From an uncultured Acidobacteriota bacterium (lineage in GTDB: Bacteria; Acidobacteriota; Thermoanaerobaculia; Multivoradales; SZUA-115): a DNA stretch of 64,000 bases. Positions 50,473 to 59,470 of this stretch are shown in pieces. Location: contig CAWDVR010000002.1 of NCBI GenBank assembly GCA_963805975.1, positions 1,152,001 to 1,216,000 of the forward strand, written 5' to 3'. The notes under the pieces are model-generated. The model did not search any database, was not told the DNA's origin, and was given only the letters and a program-made list of their open reading frames with translations. A program made the translations under genes and the position numbers. How positions within the stretch are numbered: the stretch's first letter is position 1; every line of letters starts with the position of its first letter.

Positions 50473-52252
50473 ACGGCAGCCCGCCGAGACGACGGAGACG
50501 CTGCGCGCCCGTTGCGCGGAGCTCGAGAAGCTGCTCTCCCAGGGCCGCGAGTCCGACCGCCAGTTCCTGCGCCAGGTGCTCGACATCAATCCCCACCTGG
50601 TCTTCGCCAAGGACCGGAGCGGCCGCTTCACCCTGGTCAACCAGGCGCTGGCCGAGGCCTACGGCACCACCGTCGAGGGACTGATCGGCAAGACCGACGC
50701 CGACTTCAACCGCCACCCTGCCGAGGTCGAGCAGTTCCGGCGCGACGACCTCGAGGTGATGGACAACCTGCACGAGAAGTTCATCGGCGAAGAGAAGATC
50801 ACCGACGCCTCCGGCCGCACCCGCTGGCTGCAGACCATCAAGCGGCCGATCGTCGGTGCCGACGGCAGGGCCGACCAGGTGCTGGGGGTGGCGACCGACA
50901 TCACGCGCCACAAAGAGCTCGAGCAGCAGCTCGTCCACGCCGCGCTCCACGACGGGCTCACCGGCCTGCCCAACCGCGTCCTGTTCACCGACCGGCTGGC
51001 GATGGCGGTCGAGAGCGCGAGCCGCTCGCCGTCCTACCGCTTCGCGGTGGTGTTCGTCGATCTCGACCGCTTCAAGGTGATCAACGACAGTCTGGGCCAC
51101 ACGCTGGGCGACCAGTTGCTGGTGGCCGCCGCCCAGCGCTTCGCGAGCTGCGTGCGGCCGGGCGACACGGTGGCGCGGCTGGGTGGCGACGAGTTCACCC
51201 TGCTGCTGACCGGCATCGCCGGCCTGCGCGACGCGGTGCACGCCGCCGAGAGCATCCAGGGCGCTCTCGCCGCGCCTTTCCTGCTCGAGGAGCAGGAGAT
51301 CTTCATCACCGCGAGCGTCGGCGTCGCGGTGAGCATGCCGGGCGGCCACGATGCCCTGGACCTGCTGCGCGACGCCGACACCGCCATGTACCGCGCCAAG
51401 GCCCTGGGCCGGGGCCAGCACGTGATCTTCGACCCGGACATGCACGAGCGCGCCGTGGCCCGGCTGCGGCTCGAGAACGACCTCCGGCGGGCGCTCGACC
51501 GCGGCGAGATGACGCTCGTCTACCAGCCGATCGTGCGCGTCGCGGACTGCCGCATCGTGGAGCTCGAAGCCCTGCTGCGCTGGCAGCACCCGGAGCGCGG
51601 CCGGCTCGAGCCCGGCAGCTTCCTCTCGGTGGCCGAGGAGACGGGGATCATGCTGCGTCTCGAGGCGTGGGTGCTCTTCGAGGCCTGCTCGCGAGCCGCC
51701 CACTGGTACCGCGAGCGCGAGGGGCACGAGCCCTGGGGCGTCTCCCTCAACCTCTCGCCCCAGCAGCTCGGCACCGGCGACCCGGCCGCCCGCATCCTCG
51801 CCGTGGTGGAGAGCACCGGCCTGCCGCCGGCTCTCTTGCGCGTCGAGATCACCGAGTCCGCGATCCTCGACCGCTTCGAGGAGGTGGCCGAGATCCTGGG
51901 CCGCCTGCGCCGGGCCGGCGTCCGTGTCGACGTCGACGACTTCGGCACCGGCTACTCCTCGCTCTCCTACCTGCACAGCCTGCCGGTCGACCGCCTGAAG
52001 ATCGACCGCTCCTTCGTCGAGCGCCTGGAGAGCGACGGCGACGCCTACACCATCGCGCAGACCATCGTCATGCTGGCGCAGACCCTCGACCTCGAAGCGA
52101 TCGCCGAGGGGGTGGAGACGGCCGCTCAGCTCCAGCGGGTGCGCAAGCTGGGCTGCACTCATGCCCAGGGCCATCTCTTCGCGACACCGGTCGAGGCCGG
52201 CCAGGTGTTGAGCCTGCCGGACGTCCTGCCGGGCCTCGACGGGCACCTATGA
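50462..52252 (+). CDS. PAS-GGDEF-EAL diguanylate cyclase/phosphodiesterase
   Basis: PAS (KDRSGRF..VN...DIT), DLDRFK.IND..GH..GD, GGDEF, EAL and DDFGTGYSSL are all intact. Confidence 0.94.
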   Translation: MVGERQPAETTETLRARCAELEKLLSQGRESDRQFLRQVLDINPHLVFAKDRSGRFTLVNQALAEAYGTTVEGLIGKTDADFNRHPAEVEQFRRDDLEVMDNLHEKFIGEEKITDASGRTRWLQTIKRPIVGADGRADQVLGVATDITRHKELEQQLVHAALHDGLTGLPNRVLFTDRLAMAVESASRSPSYRFAVVFVDLDRFKVINDSLGHTLGDQLLVAAAQRFASCVRPGDTVARLGGDEFTLLLTGIAGLRDAVHAAESIQGALAAPFLLEEQEIFITASVGVAVSMPGGHDALDLLRDADTAMYRAKALGRGQHVIFDPDMHERAVARLRLENDLRRALDRGEMTLVYQPIVRVADCRIVELEALLRWQHPERGRLEPGSFLSVAEETGIMLRLEAWVLFEACSRAAHWYREREGHEPWGVSLNLSPQQLGTGDPAARILAVVESTGLPPALLRVEITESAILDRFEEVAEILGRLRRAGVRVDVDDFGTGYSSLSYLHSLPVDRLKIDRSFVERLESDGDAYTIAQTIVMLAQTLDLEAIAEGVETAAQLQRVRKLGCTHAQGHLFATPVEAGQVLSLPDVLPGLDGHL

Positions 52253-52259
52253 GCCGCCG

Positions 52260-53709
52260 CTAGAGCGGGCGGCTGCCGGCCACCGGCTGCGCAAGCCCCT
52301 GCCGGGCTCTCCAGAGCCCCGCCAGCGACAGGAGCGGCCCGGTCATGAACGTGGTCACCAGGGCCATCAGCACCAGCATGGCGAAGATACGCGGCGTGAG
52401 GATGCCGAGGTCGTAGCCGATGTTGAGCGCGATCAGCTCCACCAGGCCGCGAGTGTTCATCAGCGCGCCGAGCGAGAAGGAGTCCACCCAGCTCATGCCG
52501 GTCCAGCGCGCCGCCGCCATGCTGCCGCCGAGCTTGCCCAGGATGGCGACGGCGATGATGCCGACCGCGATCAGCCAGCTCCGGGCGTCGTCGAGCAGCC
52601 CGATCTCGGTGCGCAGGCCGGTGAAGGCGAAGAACAGCGGCAGGAGGAAGGCCGAGCTGAAGGTCTCCAGCCGCTCCTTCAGGAAGGTGCGCAGCGCCGG
52701 ATCGTTCGGCATCGTCACGCCGGCGAGGAACGCGCCGAAGAGCGCGTGGATACCGATCGTCTCGGTGAAGAGGGCGGCGGCGAAGGCGAACACCAGGATG
52801 CCCGCCACCAGGCCCTTCTGCCGGCCCTCGTCCCCGAGACCGCGGGCGCCCAGGCGCGCGGTCCGTGGCCTGACCACCAGCAGCATCAGCAGGATGAAGC
52901 CGAGCGCCAGGCCGATGGTCACCGCCGCGGCGGCGAGACCGTTGGCCTTGATGATCGCCACCACCAGCGCCAGCAGGCACCAGGCCGTGACGTCGTCGAC
53001 CGCCGCGCAGGCGATGGCCGTCGAGCCGAGGTAGGACTGCGTCAGGCCGCGCTCCTCGAGGATCCGGGCGAGCACCGGGAAGGCGGTGATGCTCATCGCC
53101 ACGCCGATGAAGAGCGCGAAGGCGGAGAACGGCACGCCTGCCGGCGCCAGCGTGGGGTAGACGAACAGGGCGAGGAGCGTGCCGAAGAAGAAAGGCACCA
53201 GGATGCTGGCATGGCTCACCATCACGGCGGCGTCCGCCTTCTGTTTGAGGTGCGCCACGTCGAGGTCGATGCCGACCACGAACATGAAGAGGATGACGCC
53301 GATCTGGGCGAGGAGCTGGAGCGAGCCGAGCGAGGTCCGCGGAAAGAGGAACGTCTGGGTGGCCGGGAGCGATCAGGCCCAGGAGCGACGGGCCGAGGAC
53401 GATGCCGGCGACCATCTCGCCGATCACCCGCGGCTGGCCGATCCGGGCAAAGAGCCAGCCCGTGAGCCGGGCCGCGAGCACGATGACCACCACCTGCATG
53501 AGCAGGACGGCGAGCGGATGGTGGAGATTCCCGAGCAAGACCCCCAGCGGCGAGCTGGCGCTCGGCGCACCCGCGGCGGCCGCGGCGACGTGCGGCGGCG
53601 CGTCGCCGGTCGCGGTCACCCCGCCCCGCGATCCCATCAGCAGCAGGGTGTAGATGCCGGCGCCGAAGACCAGCAGGGTCGAGAGATAAAAGGCCAGGTT
53701 CCGTCGCAT
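52260..53709 (-). CDS. CPA2-family cation/H+ antiporter with an apparent +1 insertion at ~53365
   Basis: GQPRVIGEMVAGIVLGPS in one frame; SITAFPVLARIL, AAVDD, HALFGAF and LMNTRGLVEL in the next. Confidence 0.88.
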
Positions 53710-53811
53710 TCCCGCAGACCCTCCGCCGCGCGATCCTAGCAGCCGCCTCGACGGCCGGGCGCGGGCGGAATAGGCGGCAGCCCCGGCGCGAAAGTTACTC
53801 CCGAGCGCGGT

Positions 53812-53819
53812 GGTACGAT
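53812..53819 (+). promoter_or_regulatory. Extended -10 region of the SPFH operon promoter
   Basis: TGgTACGAT upstream of RBS GGAGG and ATG 53863. Confidence 0.45.
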
Positions 53820-53862
53820 CCCGCCCGCCCCGATGCTCCGTCGAAACTCACCCGGAGGTGCC

Positions 53863-54387
53863 ATGAGCAACGGATACGAGGAAGCCAAGGCGCGGCGCAA
53901 CTGGCTGGAACGGCTGGGGGCCAAGATCCCCGGCTTCGGCGGCTTCAAGGACCGCGAGCTGCGACGCGACGTGGACAAGCTGCAACGCGAGCACCTGGCG
54001 GCTGAGATCGGCAAGAGCAAGGGCCGCCTGCGGGGCAAGGCCCGCGCCTACGCCGACGCCGGCCGGATCGCGGCGCTCCAGCCCTTCGACCGCCTCGAGC
54101 GCCGCCTGGACGGGTTCGAGCAGGCCGTGCGTTTCGCGGACTATGGAGCCACCGGCTTTTTCGACGCGGTCAAGGTCTACGAGGAGGAGCTGGACAAGCT
54201 CTACCAGTTCGACCTCTCGTTCCTCGACGATCTCGCGCTGCTCGCGGCCGACCTCGAGGCAGTGCCGGCTCCCGGTGCGGACGACCCGCTGCCGGCGGTC
54301 GAGGCCGCGGCCCAGCGCCTCTCGGCCCTCGAAGAGAGATGGAGCGGCCGCGAGCAGGTGATCGGCGGCGTGGTCCAGACCAAATGA
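53863..54387 (+). CDS. Alpha-helical hypothetical protein, first gene of the SPFH operon
   Basis: RBS GGAGG; LERLGAKIPGFGGF..RELRR.DKL; codon usage typical of the window. Confidence 0.75.
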   Translation: MSNGYEEAKARRNWLERLGAKIPGFGGFKDRELRRDVDKLQREHLAAEIGKSKGRLRGKARAYADAGRIAALQPFDRLERRLDGFEQAVRFADYGATGFFDAVKVYEEELDKLYQFDLSFLDDLALLAADLEAVPAPGADDPLPAVEAAAQRLSALEERWSGREQVIGGVVQTK

Positions 54388-54415
54388 GCGCTCGGGCCTA
54401 AAGGAGATCCCATCG

Positions 54416-55408
54416 ATGCAAGTGCTCCAGTACCAGGACCCCACCGGCCAGACCATGGTGTCGCGCGTGCCCGCCCAGGGCACCGCGGCCATCCAGCTCG
54501 GCAGCCAGTTGATCGTCGAGGAGAGCCAGCAGGCCGTCTTCCTGCGCGACGGCAAGGCCCTCGACACCTTCGGGCCGGGGCGGCACACCCTCGCCACGCA
54601 GAACATCCCTTTCTTGACCGCGCTGCTCTCGTTGCCGTTCGGCGGCACGTCGCCGTTCCAGGCCGCGGTGATCTTCGTCAACACCAAGACCTTCCTCGAC
54701 CTGCGCTGGGGCACCAAGGAGCCGGTGGTGTTTCGCGACCGCGAGCTCGCCATGGTGCGCCTCAGGGCGTTCGGCAAGTTCGCGGTGCGGGTGAAGAGCG
54801 CCCAGACCTTCGTCAACACGGTGGTGGGCTCGATGGGCCTCTACACGACCGACGGCGTCGAGAGCTACTTCAAGGACGTGATCGTCGCCCGCTTGAACGA
54901 CCTCCTGGGTGAGACGCTGCAGTCGATCTTCGATCTGCCCAAGGTCTACGACGAGCTCGCCATGGGCTTGAAGGCGCGGGTCTCCGACGACTTCTCGAAG
55001 TACGGCATCGAGCTCGTCGACCTGATCCTCGGCGCCATCACCCCGCCCGAGGAGGTGCAGAAGGTGATCGACGAGCGCGGCGGCATGGCCGCGGCCGGCG
55101 ATCTCAATGCCTACATGAAGTTCAAGATGGCGCAGGCGGTGGGCGACGCCGCCCAGGCCGGCGGCGACGGCGGCACGGTGGGTGCCGGGCTCGGGGCGGG
55201 CATGGGCGCCGGCATCGGCATGATGATGCCGGGCATGATCCGCGACGCGATGGCACCCACGGGCGCGCCGGCGCCGGCCGCGGCGGCGGCAGCCGCGGCA
55301 GCTCCGGTTGCCGAGGCGGGCGGCGGCGCCACGTTCTGCTCGCAGTGCGGCACCAAGCTGCCCGCGGGTGCGAAGTTCTGCCCCGGCTGTGGGACCAAGG
55401 TGGGTTGA
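54416..55408 (+). CDS. SPFH/Band-7 domain protein (YdjI-like) with C-terminal zinc ribbon
   Basis: GSQLIVEESQQAVF..DGK, GPGRHTL.T.NIP, WGT..P, Gly-rich GAGMGAG, CSQC...KFCPGCG. Confidence 0.88.
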   Translation: MQVLQYQDPTGQTMVSRVPAQGTAAIQLGSQLIVEESQQAVFLRDGKALDTFGPGRHTLATQNIPFLTALLSLPFGGTSPFQAAVIFVNTKTFLDLRWGTKEPVVFRDRELAMVRLRAFGKFAVRVKSAQTFVNTVVGSMGLYTTDGVESYFKDVIVARLNDLLGETLQSIFDLPKVYDELAMGLKARVSDDFSKYGIELVDLILGAITPPEEVQKVIDERGGMAAAGDLNAYMKFKMAQAVGDAAQAGGDGGTVGAGLGAGMGAGIGMMMPGMIRDAMAPTGAPAPAAAAAAAAAPVAEAGGGATFCSQCGTKLPAGAKFCPGCGTKVG

Positions 55409-55457
55409 CGAGGACGCCGCACCCGGTCCAGCGCGGCGGTCCGGCGCGAGCGAAGCG

Positions 55458-56258
55458 ATGACCACCCCTGGCCAGCCCGATCAGGGCACTTCCCTCTCCT
55501 GCCCGCAGTGCGGGGGCGAGAACGCCCTGCCCTCGGGCGTCCGCGTCCTCACCTGCGCTTTCTGCTCGGCCACTCTCTTCGTCGATCGTTCCGGCCTCGT
55601 CAGCCACTACCGGCTGCCGCGGCGGGTCGACCGCGAGCACGCGCTCGAGGCTCTGCGCCGCTGGATGAACGGCAACGAGACGGTCAAGGATCTCGACCGC
55701 AAGAGCGAGATCGTGGGCGTCGAGGCGATCTCGTTCCCCATGTGGCTGTTCCGCAGCCAGCTCCCCGGCACCGGAGGAGGGGGCGCGGGCGAAGAGGTCC
55801 GGGTCGAGCCGGCGGCGGCGACGCCCATCGCCGAGCTCGCCGACCTCAACATCCCGGCCGGCCAGCTCGAGCCGTTTCGCTCCGAGGCCGGCGGTGCCGG
55901 GCAGGAGGCGACGGTGACGGCGGTGAGCGTGCCGCTCGAGACCGCGCGCGGCTGGCTGGGCGAGGCCGCCGGACGCCTCACCGAGACCGCGCTCGTGCAA
56001 GTCCCGCTCTGGCACTGCCACTACCGCTACAAGGGTGCCGACTACGGCGCCTACGTCGAAGGCTCGACCGGCGCCGTGGTGGCGAGCGTGTTCCCGGCCA
56101 AGGCCGAGAGCCCCTACTACGCCACCGCCGCGCTGGGGCTCGGACTGTTCCTGGTCGAGGGCCTGGTGGTGAGCGACCTCTTCCTGAAGCTCGTGGTCTA
56201 CGCGGTGACCGCGGTGCCGCTGGCGCTCCTCGCCTTCTGGGTGACGCGCAAGGTATGA
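55458..56258 (+). CDS. Zinc-ribbon membrane protein (paralogue 1)
   Basis: CPQC...CAFC, FPMW, VPLWHCHYRY, two C-terminal TM helices. Confidence 0.78.
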   Translation: MTTPGQPDQGTSLSCPQCGGENALPSGVRVLTCAFCSATLFVDRSGLVSHYRLPRRVDREHALEALRRWMNGNETVKDLDRKSEIVGVEAISFPMWLFRSQLPGTGGGGAGEEVRVEPAAATPIAELADLNIPAGQLEPFRSEAGGAGQEATVTAVSVPLETARGWLGEAAGRLTETALVQVPLWHCHYRYKGADYGAYVEGSTGAVVASVFPAKAESPYYATAALGLGLFLVEGLVVSDLFLKLVVYAVTAVPLALLAFWVTRKV

Positions 56259-57355
56259 GCCCCGAGGCCCCTCTTCCGCCCGCCGTTCCCGCCGCTCCGG
56301 GCCCCGCGGCCGCCGGCGGCAAGCCGGCGAAGGTCGTGGGGCTCTCCTGCCCGCGTTGCGCCGGATCCCTGGCGGTAGAGACCGGCCTGCGCACCCTCAC
56401 CTGCCCGTACTGCGGCACTCCCCTCCTCGCCGTGGGCGAGGTGGGCATCCGCCGTTTCGCCGTCCTGCCCGAGGTGACGGCCGAAAACGCGGCCGAGGCC
56501 GTGCGCGGCTGGTGGGCCCGCGGGTTCCGCAAGCACCCGGGCCTGAAGCGCGAGGCGAAGACCGCCGAGAGCTTCCTCTGCTTCATCCCCTTCTTCCGCG
56601 CCCAGGCCCACGCCGTGGGCTACGCCTTCGGGGTCGAAGAGCGCCGGCGCACCGTGGGCTCGGGCAAGAACCGGCGCACCGAGACCTACGAGGTGGACGT
56701 CGAGAAGCGGGTCGAGAAGAGCTGCGAGAAGACCTTCGCCGCCGTCAACGTGGCCGAGCTCGGCATCCGCAAGATCGACCTCAAGGGCGACGCCCTGGTG
56801 CCCTTCGATGGCGGCAAGCTCGAACGCCTGGCCATGGTCTTTCCGCCCACCACCTCGGAGACCGAGGCGCGGGCGGTGGCACGCGCCGAGTTCGAGGCAG
56901 AGGCCGACCCCGCGCGCGCGCTCAAGCGCACCCACTTTCGTTACGTCGCGCTCCTGGGCGAGCGCTACACCGTCGTCTACTACCCCCTCTGGGTGGTGCG
57001 CTACCGCTTCCGCGAGCGCTCGTACCAGGCGGTGATCGACGCCGAGGACGGCCAGCTCGCCTACGGCAAGGCGCCCGGCAACGACCTCTTCCGCGCCCTG
57101 GTGCTGGTGGGCTGCCAGGCGCTCTCCTGCCTGATCGGCACCACCGCCCTGCAGTGGGCACCGCGCAGCGACGACAGCGCCGAGCTGGTGATCGGCGCCG
57201 GGATCGCCGCCGCCGGCATCCTCTACTGGGGCTGGCGCCAGTTCCGCTACGGCGGCGTGGTGGAGGAAGGCACCAGCCACGAAGCGGCGACGATCGGCTC
57301 TTCCATGGACGCGATCTCCAAGCGATTCAAGGGCCGCTTCGGGGTGAAGGGATGA
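56255..57355 (+). CDS. Zinc-ribbon membrane protein (paralogue 2)
   Basis: CPRC...CPYC, FIPFF, YYPLWVVRYRF, C-terminal TM helices; ATGA overlap. Confidence 0.8.
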   Translation: MSPEAPLPPAVPAAPGPAAAGGKPAKVVGLSCPRCAGSLAVETGLRTLTCPYCGTPLLAVGEVGIRRFAVLPEVTAENAAEAVRGWWARGFRKHPGLKREAKTAESFLCFIPFFRAQAHAVGYAFGVEERRRTVGSGKNRRTETYEVDVEKRVEKSCEKTFAAVNVAELGIRKIDLKGDALVPFDGGKLERLAMVFPPTTSETEARAVARAEFEAEADPARALKRTHFRYVALLGERYTVVYYPLWVVRYRFRERSYQAVIDAEDGQLAYGKAPGNDLFRALVLVGCQALSCLIGTTALQWAPRSDDSAELVIGAGIAAAGILYWGWRQFRYGGVVEEGTSHEAATIGSSMDAISKRFKGRFGVKG

Positions 57356-58015
57356 GCTTCCGCCTGCAAGTGCTGGCCTGCCCGCAGTGCGGCTGCGCCG
57401 CTCGCCGCCGAGGGTGAGGACGTCGTCTACTACTGCACGGCCTGCGCCTCGGGGTTCCGGCTCCCGACCGAGGCCGAAGAGGCTCCGGCGAGCGGAGGTG
57501 TCGAGACCACCGCTGCCGGCCGCGGGTTGGCGCGCGTCGAGGTCTCCTTCGTGACCGCGCCCGGGGCCGTGATCGCCCGCCACCTGCCCTTCTGGCTGCT
57601 CCCGGCGAAGGTCGCCATCACGCGCCGGGACGCGGCCGGCGGCTCCGCCGCGGGCCTCCTGGGGTTCTTTTTCGGTGGCGAGGAGGCGGGCGCTGCCGGC
57701 GGCTCGACCGGCGCCTTCGCCATCCCGGCCTTCGAGGCACCGCTCCCCACCCTGACCGAGCTCGCGCTGCGCTACACCCAGGCCCTGCCAAGGCTGGGCG
57801 AGCGGCTGGGCGAGAAGCTGACCGGCGGGCGGCTCTCCCCGGCCGACGCCGAGAAGCTCGCCCATTTCACCCTCATCGCCGCCGAGGCCGGCAAGCCGGA
57901 CATGCTGCGCAACCTCGTCTACACCATCGATTTCGGGTCACCGAGCCTCCTCGGCGTGCCCTTCGTCAGCCGCGGGGATCGGCTGGCGGATGCGGTGTTC
58001 GGTATCGTGGTGTGA
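57352..58015 (+). CDS. Zinc-ribbon protein (paralogue 3) with an apparent +1 insertion at ~57394
   Basis: MSFRLQVLACPQCG continues, after removing one base, as APLAAEGEDVVYYCTAC into the 57527 frame (HLPFW). ATGA overlap. Confidence 0.72.
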
Positions 58016-58026
58016 TCTTCCTACTA

Positions 58027-58404
58027 CTACCGAGGATCGTGCCAGATCAGCGTCGCGTCCGAGCTCGCCTCGCGGAAGTCCGGGCAACGGCCGTCACCCC
58101 GGCCCGTGAAACCACCGTCCGGGTGGCAGAGCAGCGCGCCGTTGCGGTCGTAGAGCTCGCTCCACACGTCACAGCATCGGCCGCTGCGGTAGTACACCGT
58201 CTCGCCGCGGTAGCGGTAGCTCCGGATCTCCGTAGGCGGGTTGGTCACAGGCTGGCTCTGGATCTGCCCGATCAGGCTGGTGAGCCACTGAGGGTTCGCG
58301 CCGTTGTCTCCGTTGTCCGGTTCGGAGGGCGAGGAGTCACCGCTACAGGCCGCCAAGGCCATCACCGCGCAAAGCGTCCAAGGCAGGAAGGCTCGGGCTT
58401 TCAT
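58027..58404 (-). CDS. Small Cys-containing lipoprotein (DUF6970-like)
   Basis: RBS GGAGG before ATG 58404, lipobox LAAC, NPP..I..YRYRGETVYY...CCD...LCHPDGG.TG.GDG.CPDF. Confidence 0.75.
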   Translation of the reverse strand: MKARAFLPWTLCAVMALAACSGDSSPSEPDNGDNGANPQWLTSLIGQIQSQPVTNPPTEIRSYRYRGETVYYRSGRCCDVWSELYDRNGALLCHPDGGFTGRGDGRCPDFREASSDATLIWHDPR

Positions 58405-58444
58405 CTTCGACCTCCTGGGCCGGGTTCGTCTGGCGGCGACCAAT

Positions 58445-58461
58445 TTCACGAATTGTGCCAA
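58445..58461 (-). promoter_or_regulatory. Possible sigma54-type promoter of the lipoprotein gene
   Basis: TTGGCACAATTCGTGAA has a perfect -24 element, but GA replaces GC at -12. Confidence 0.3.
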
Positions 58462-58479
58462 AGATAGAATCTCGCAACT

Positions 58480-58857
58480 TCACCACACCGTGCGCTCGTA
58501 GTGCTCCTGGATCCTGCGATCACGGCTGATGAAGGGAGCCTGGTGGAGAGCCGCCGTGGCGACCAGCAGCCGGTCGAAGGGATCGCGGGTCCAGCTCAGA
58601 CGGACGGCGTGCTCGAGGATCGCTGGTAGAGGGTCGTCCGAGAGAGCCACGCCGCAGTCCGCCACCAGGCCGCCCAGGATCTCGTCCGGCGGCACGACCA
58701 GCCGCCCCACCTCCCGCAGAAAGGCGAGCTCCAGCCGCACGAAGGGCGAGACCAGCAGGACGGAATTCTCGAGCAGCTCGCGGGATGCCTTGCCGAACGC
58801 CTGAGCCTCGCCGCTCCACAGGAAGACGGCTGCATGGGTATCCAGAAACGCCCTCAC
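58480..58857 (-). CDS. PIN-domain (VapC-family) toxin
   Basis: FLDTH, SPFV.LE, DPFDRLLVA.A, ISRD; GTGA overlap with the antitoxin stop. Confidence 0.9.
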   Translation of the reverse strand: MRAFLDTHAAVFLWSGEAQAFGKASRELLENSVLLVSPFVRLELAFLREVGRLVVPPDEILGGLVADCGVALSDDPLPAILEHAVRLSWTRDPFDRLLVATAALHQAPFISRDRRIQEHYERTVW

Positions 58858-59099
58858 GGCTCCGGCTTCCACTCACCTTCCCAGGACACGGATACGAGAT
58901 CATCTGCAGAGCCTATGTAGCCCTTGCGCCGCGGCAGGTCCTCGAGGCGACGGCGCTTCTGCCCGGCCGGGACGATCAGCAGCGTGCGCTGGCCGCGGAC
59001 CACTTCCTGGGGCCGGCCCGTCTCCAGCACCTCGTCCAGGACCCGGTAAAGATTGGCGCGCAGGTCAGTGGCGTTTAGAGGCTTCGGCATGTGGGTCAT
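58854..59099 (-). CDS. Phd/YefM-family antitoxin
   Basis: LNATDLRANLYRVLDEVLETG.P..V.R. Confidence 0.85.
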   Translation of the reverse strand: MTHMPKPLNATDLRANLYRVLDEVLETGRPQEVVRGQRTLLIVPAGQKRRRLEDLPRRKGYIGSADDLVSVSWEGEWKPEP

Positions 59100-59105
59100 C
59101 CTTGA

Positions 59106-59134
59106 CGTACGGGCTCCATGGTAGCACGTACGTG
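59106..59134 (-). promoter_or_regulatory. TA promoter and operator
   Basis: Perfect palindrome CACGTACGTG (59125-59134) overlaps the minus-strand extended -10 TGcTACCAT. A second CGTACG lies at 59106-59111. Confidence 0.65.
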
Positions 59135-59161
59135 TTACGGGGGCCGCCGAGCGCGGGACCG

Positions 59162-59314
59162 CTACAGCTCGTAGACCGGGATCGCCAGCCTTCGCGCCGC
59201 CTCGATCATGCGGAGGTCGTAGCTCGCCATCTTCACGGTCTGCTCGAGGCCGCGGAGGAACCGGGGCGGCACCAGCTCCGCCACCACGCGGTCGCGATCG
59301 GTCACCAGGACGGT
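59162..59314 (-). pseudogene. Deleted remnant of a second Phd-PIN pair (antitoxin middle fused to toxin tail)
   Basis: Minus strand reads TVLVTDRDRVVAELVPP-R-FLRGLEQTVKMASYDLRMIEAARRLAIPVYEL*. Confidence 0.55.
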
Positions 59315-59371
59315 CCTTCGCCAATTCGTCAGGTTCTCCGAATCACTGGCACCACGTCGTACCTACGCCCC

Positions 59372-59434
59372 CTGTTCACCCACGACATTCGCCGCTTCGA
59401 GCGCATCGAGGGCCTCGAGCAGGTCCTGGCCTAG
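59372..59434 (+). pseudogene. Possible PIN toxin C-terminal fragment
   Basis: LFTHDIRRFERIEGLEQVLA* resembles the VapC tail LxTx(N/D)xxxFxRIxGL. Confidence 0.35.
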
Positions 59435-59470
59435 AATCCTTCCGATCTCACCGCTGCCAAGGAGCCCCCA

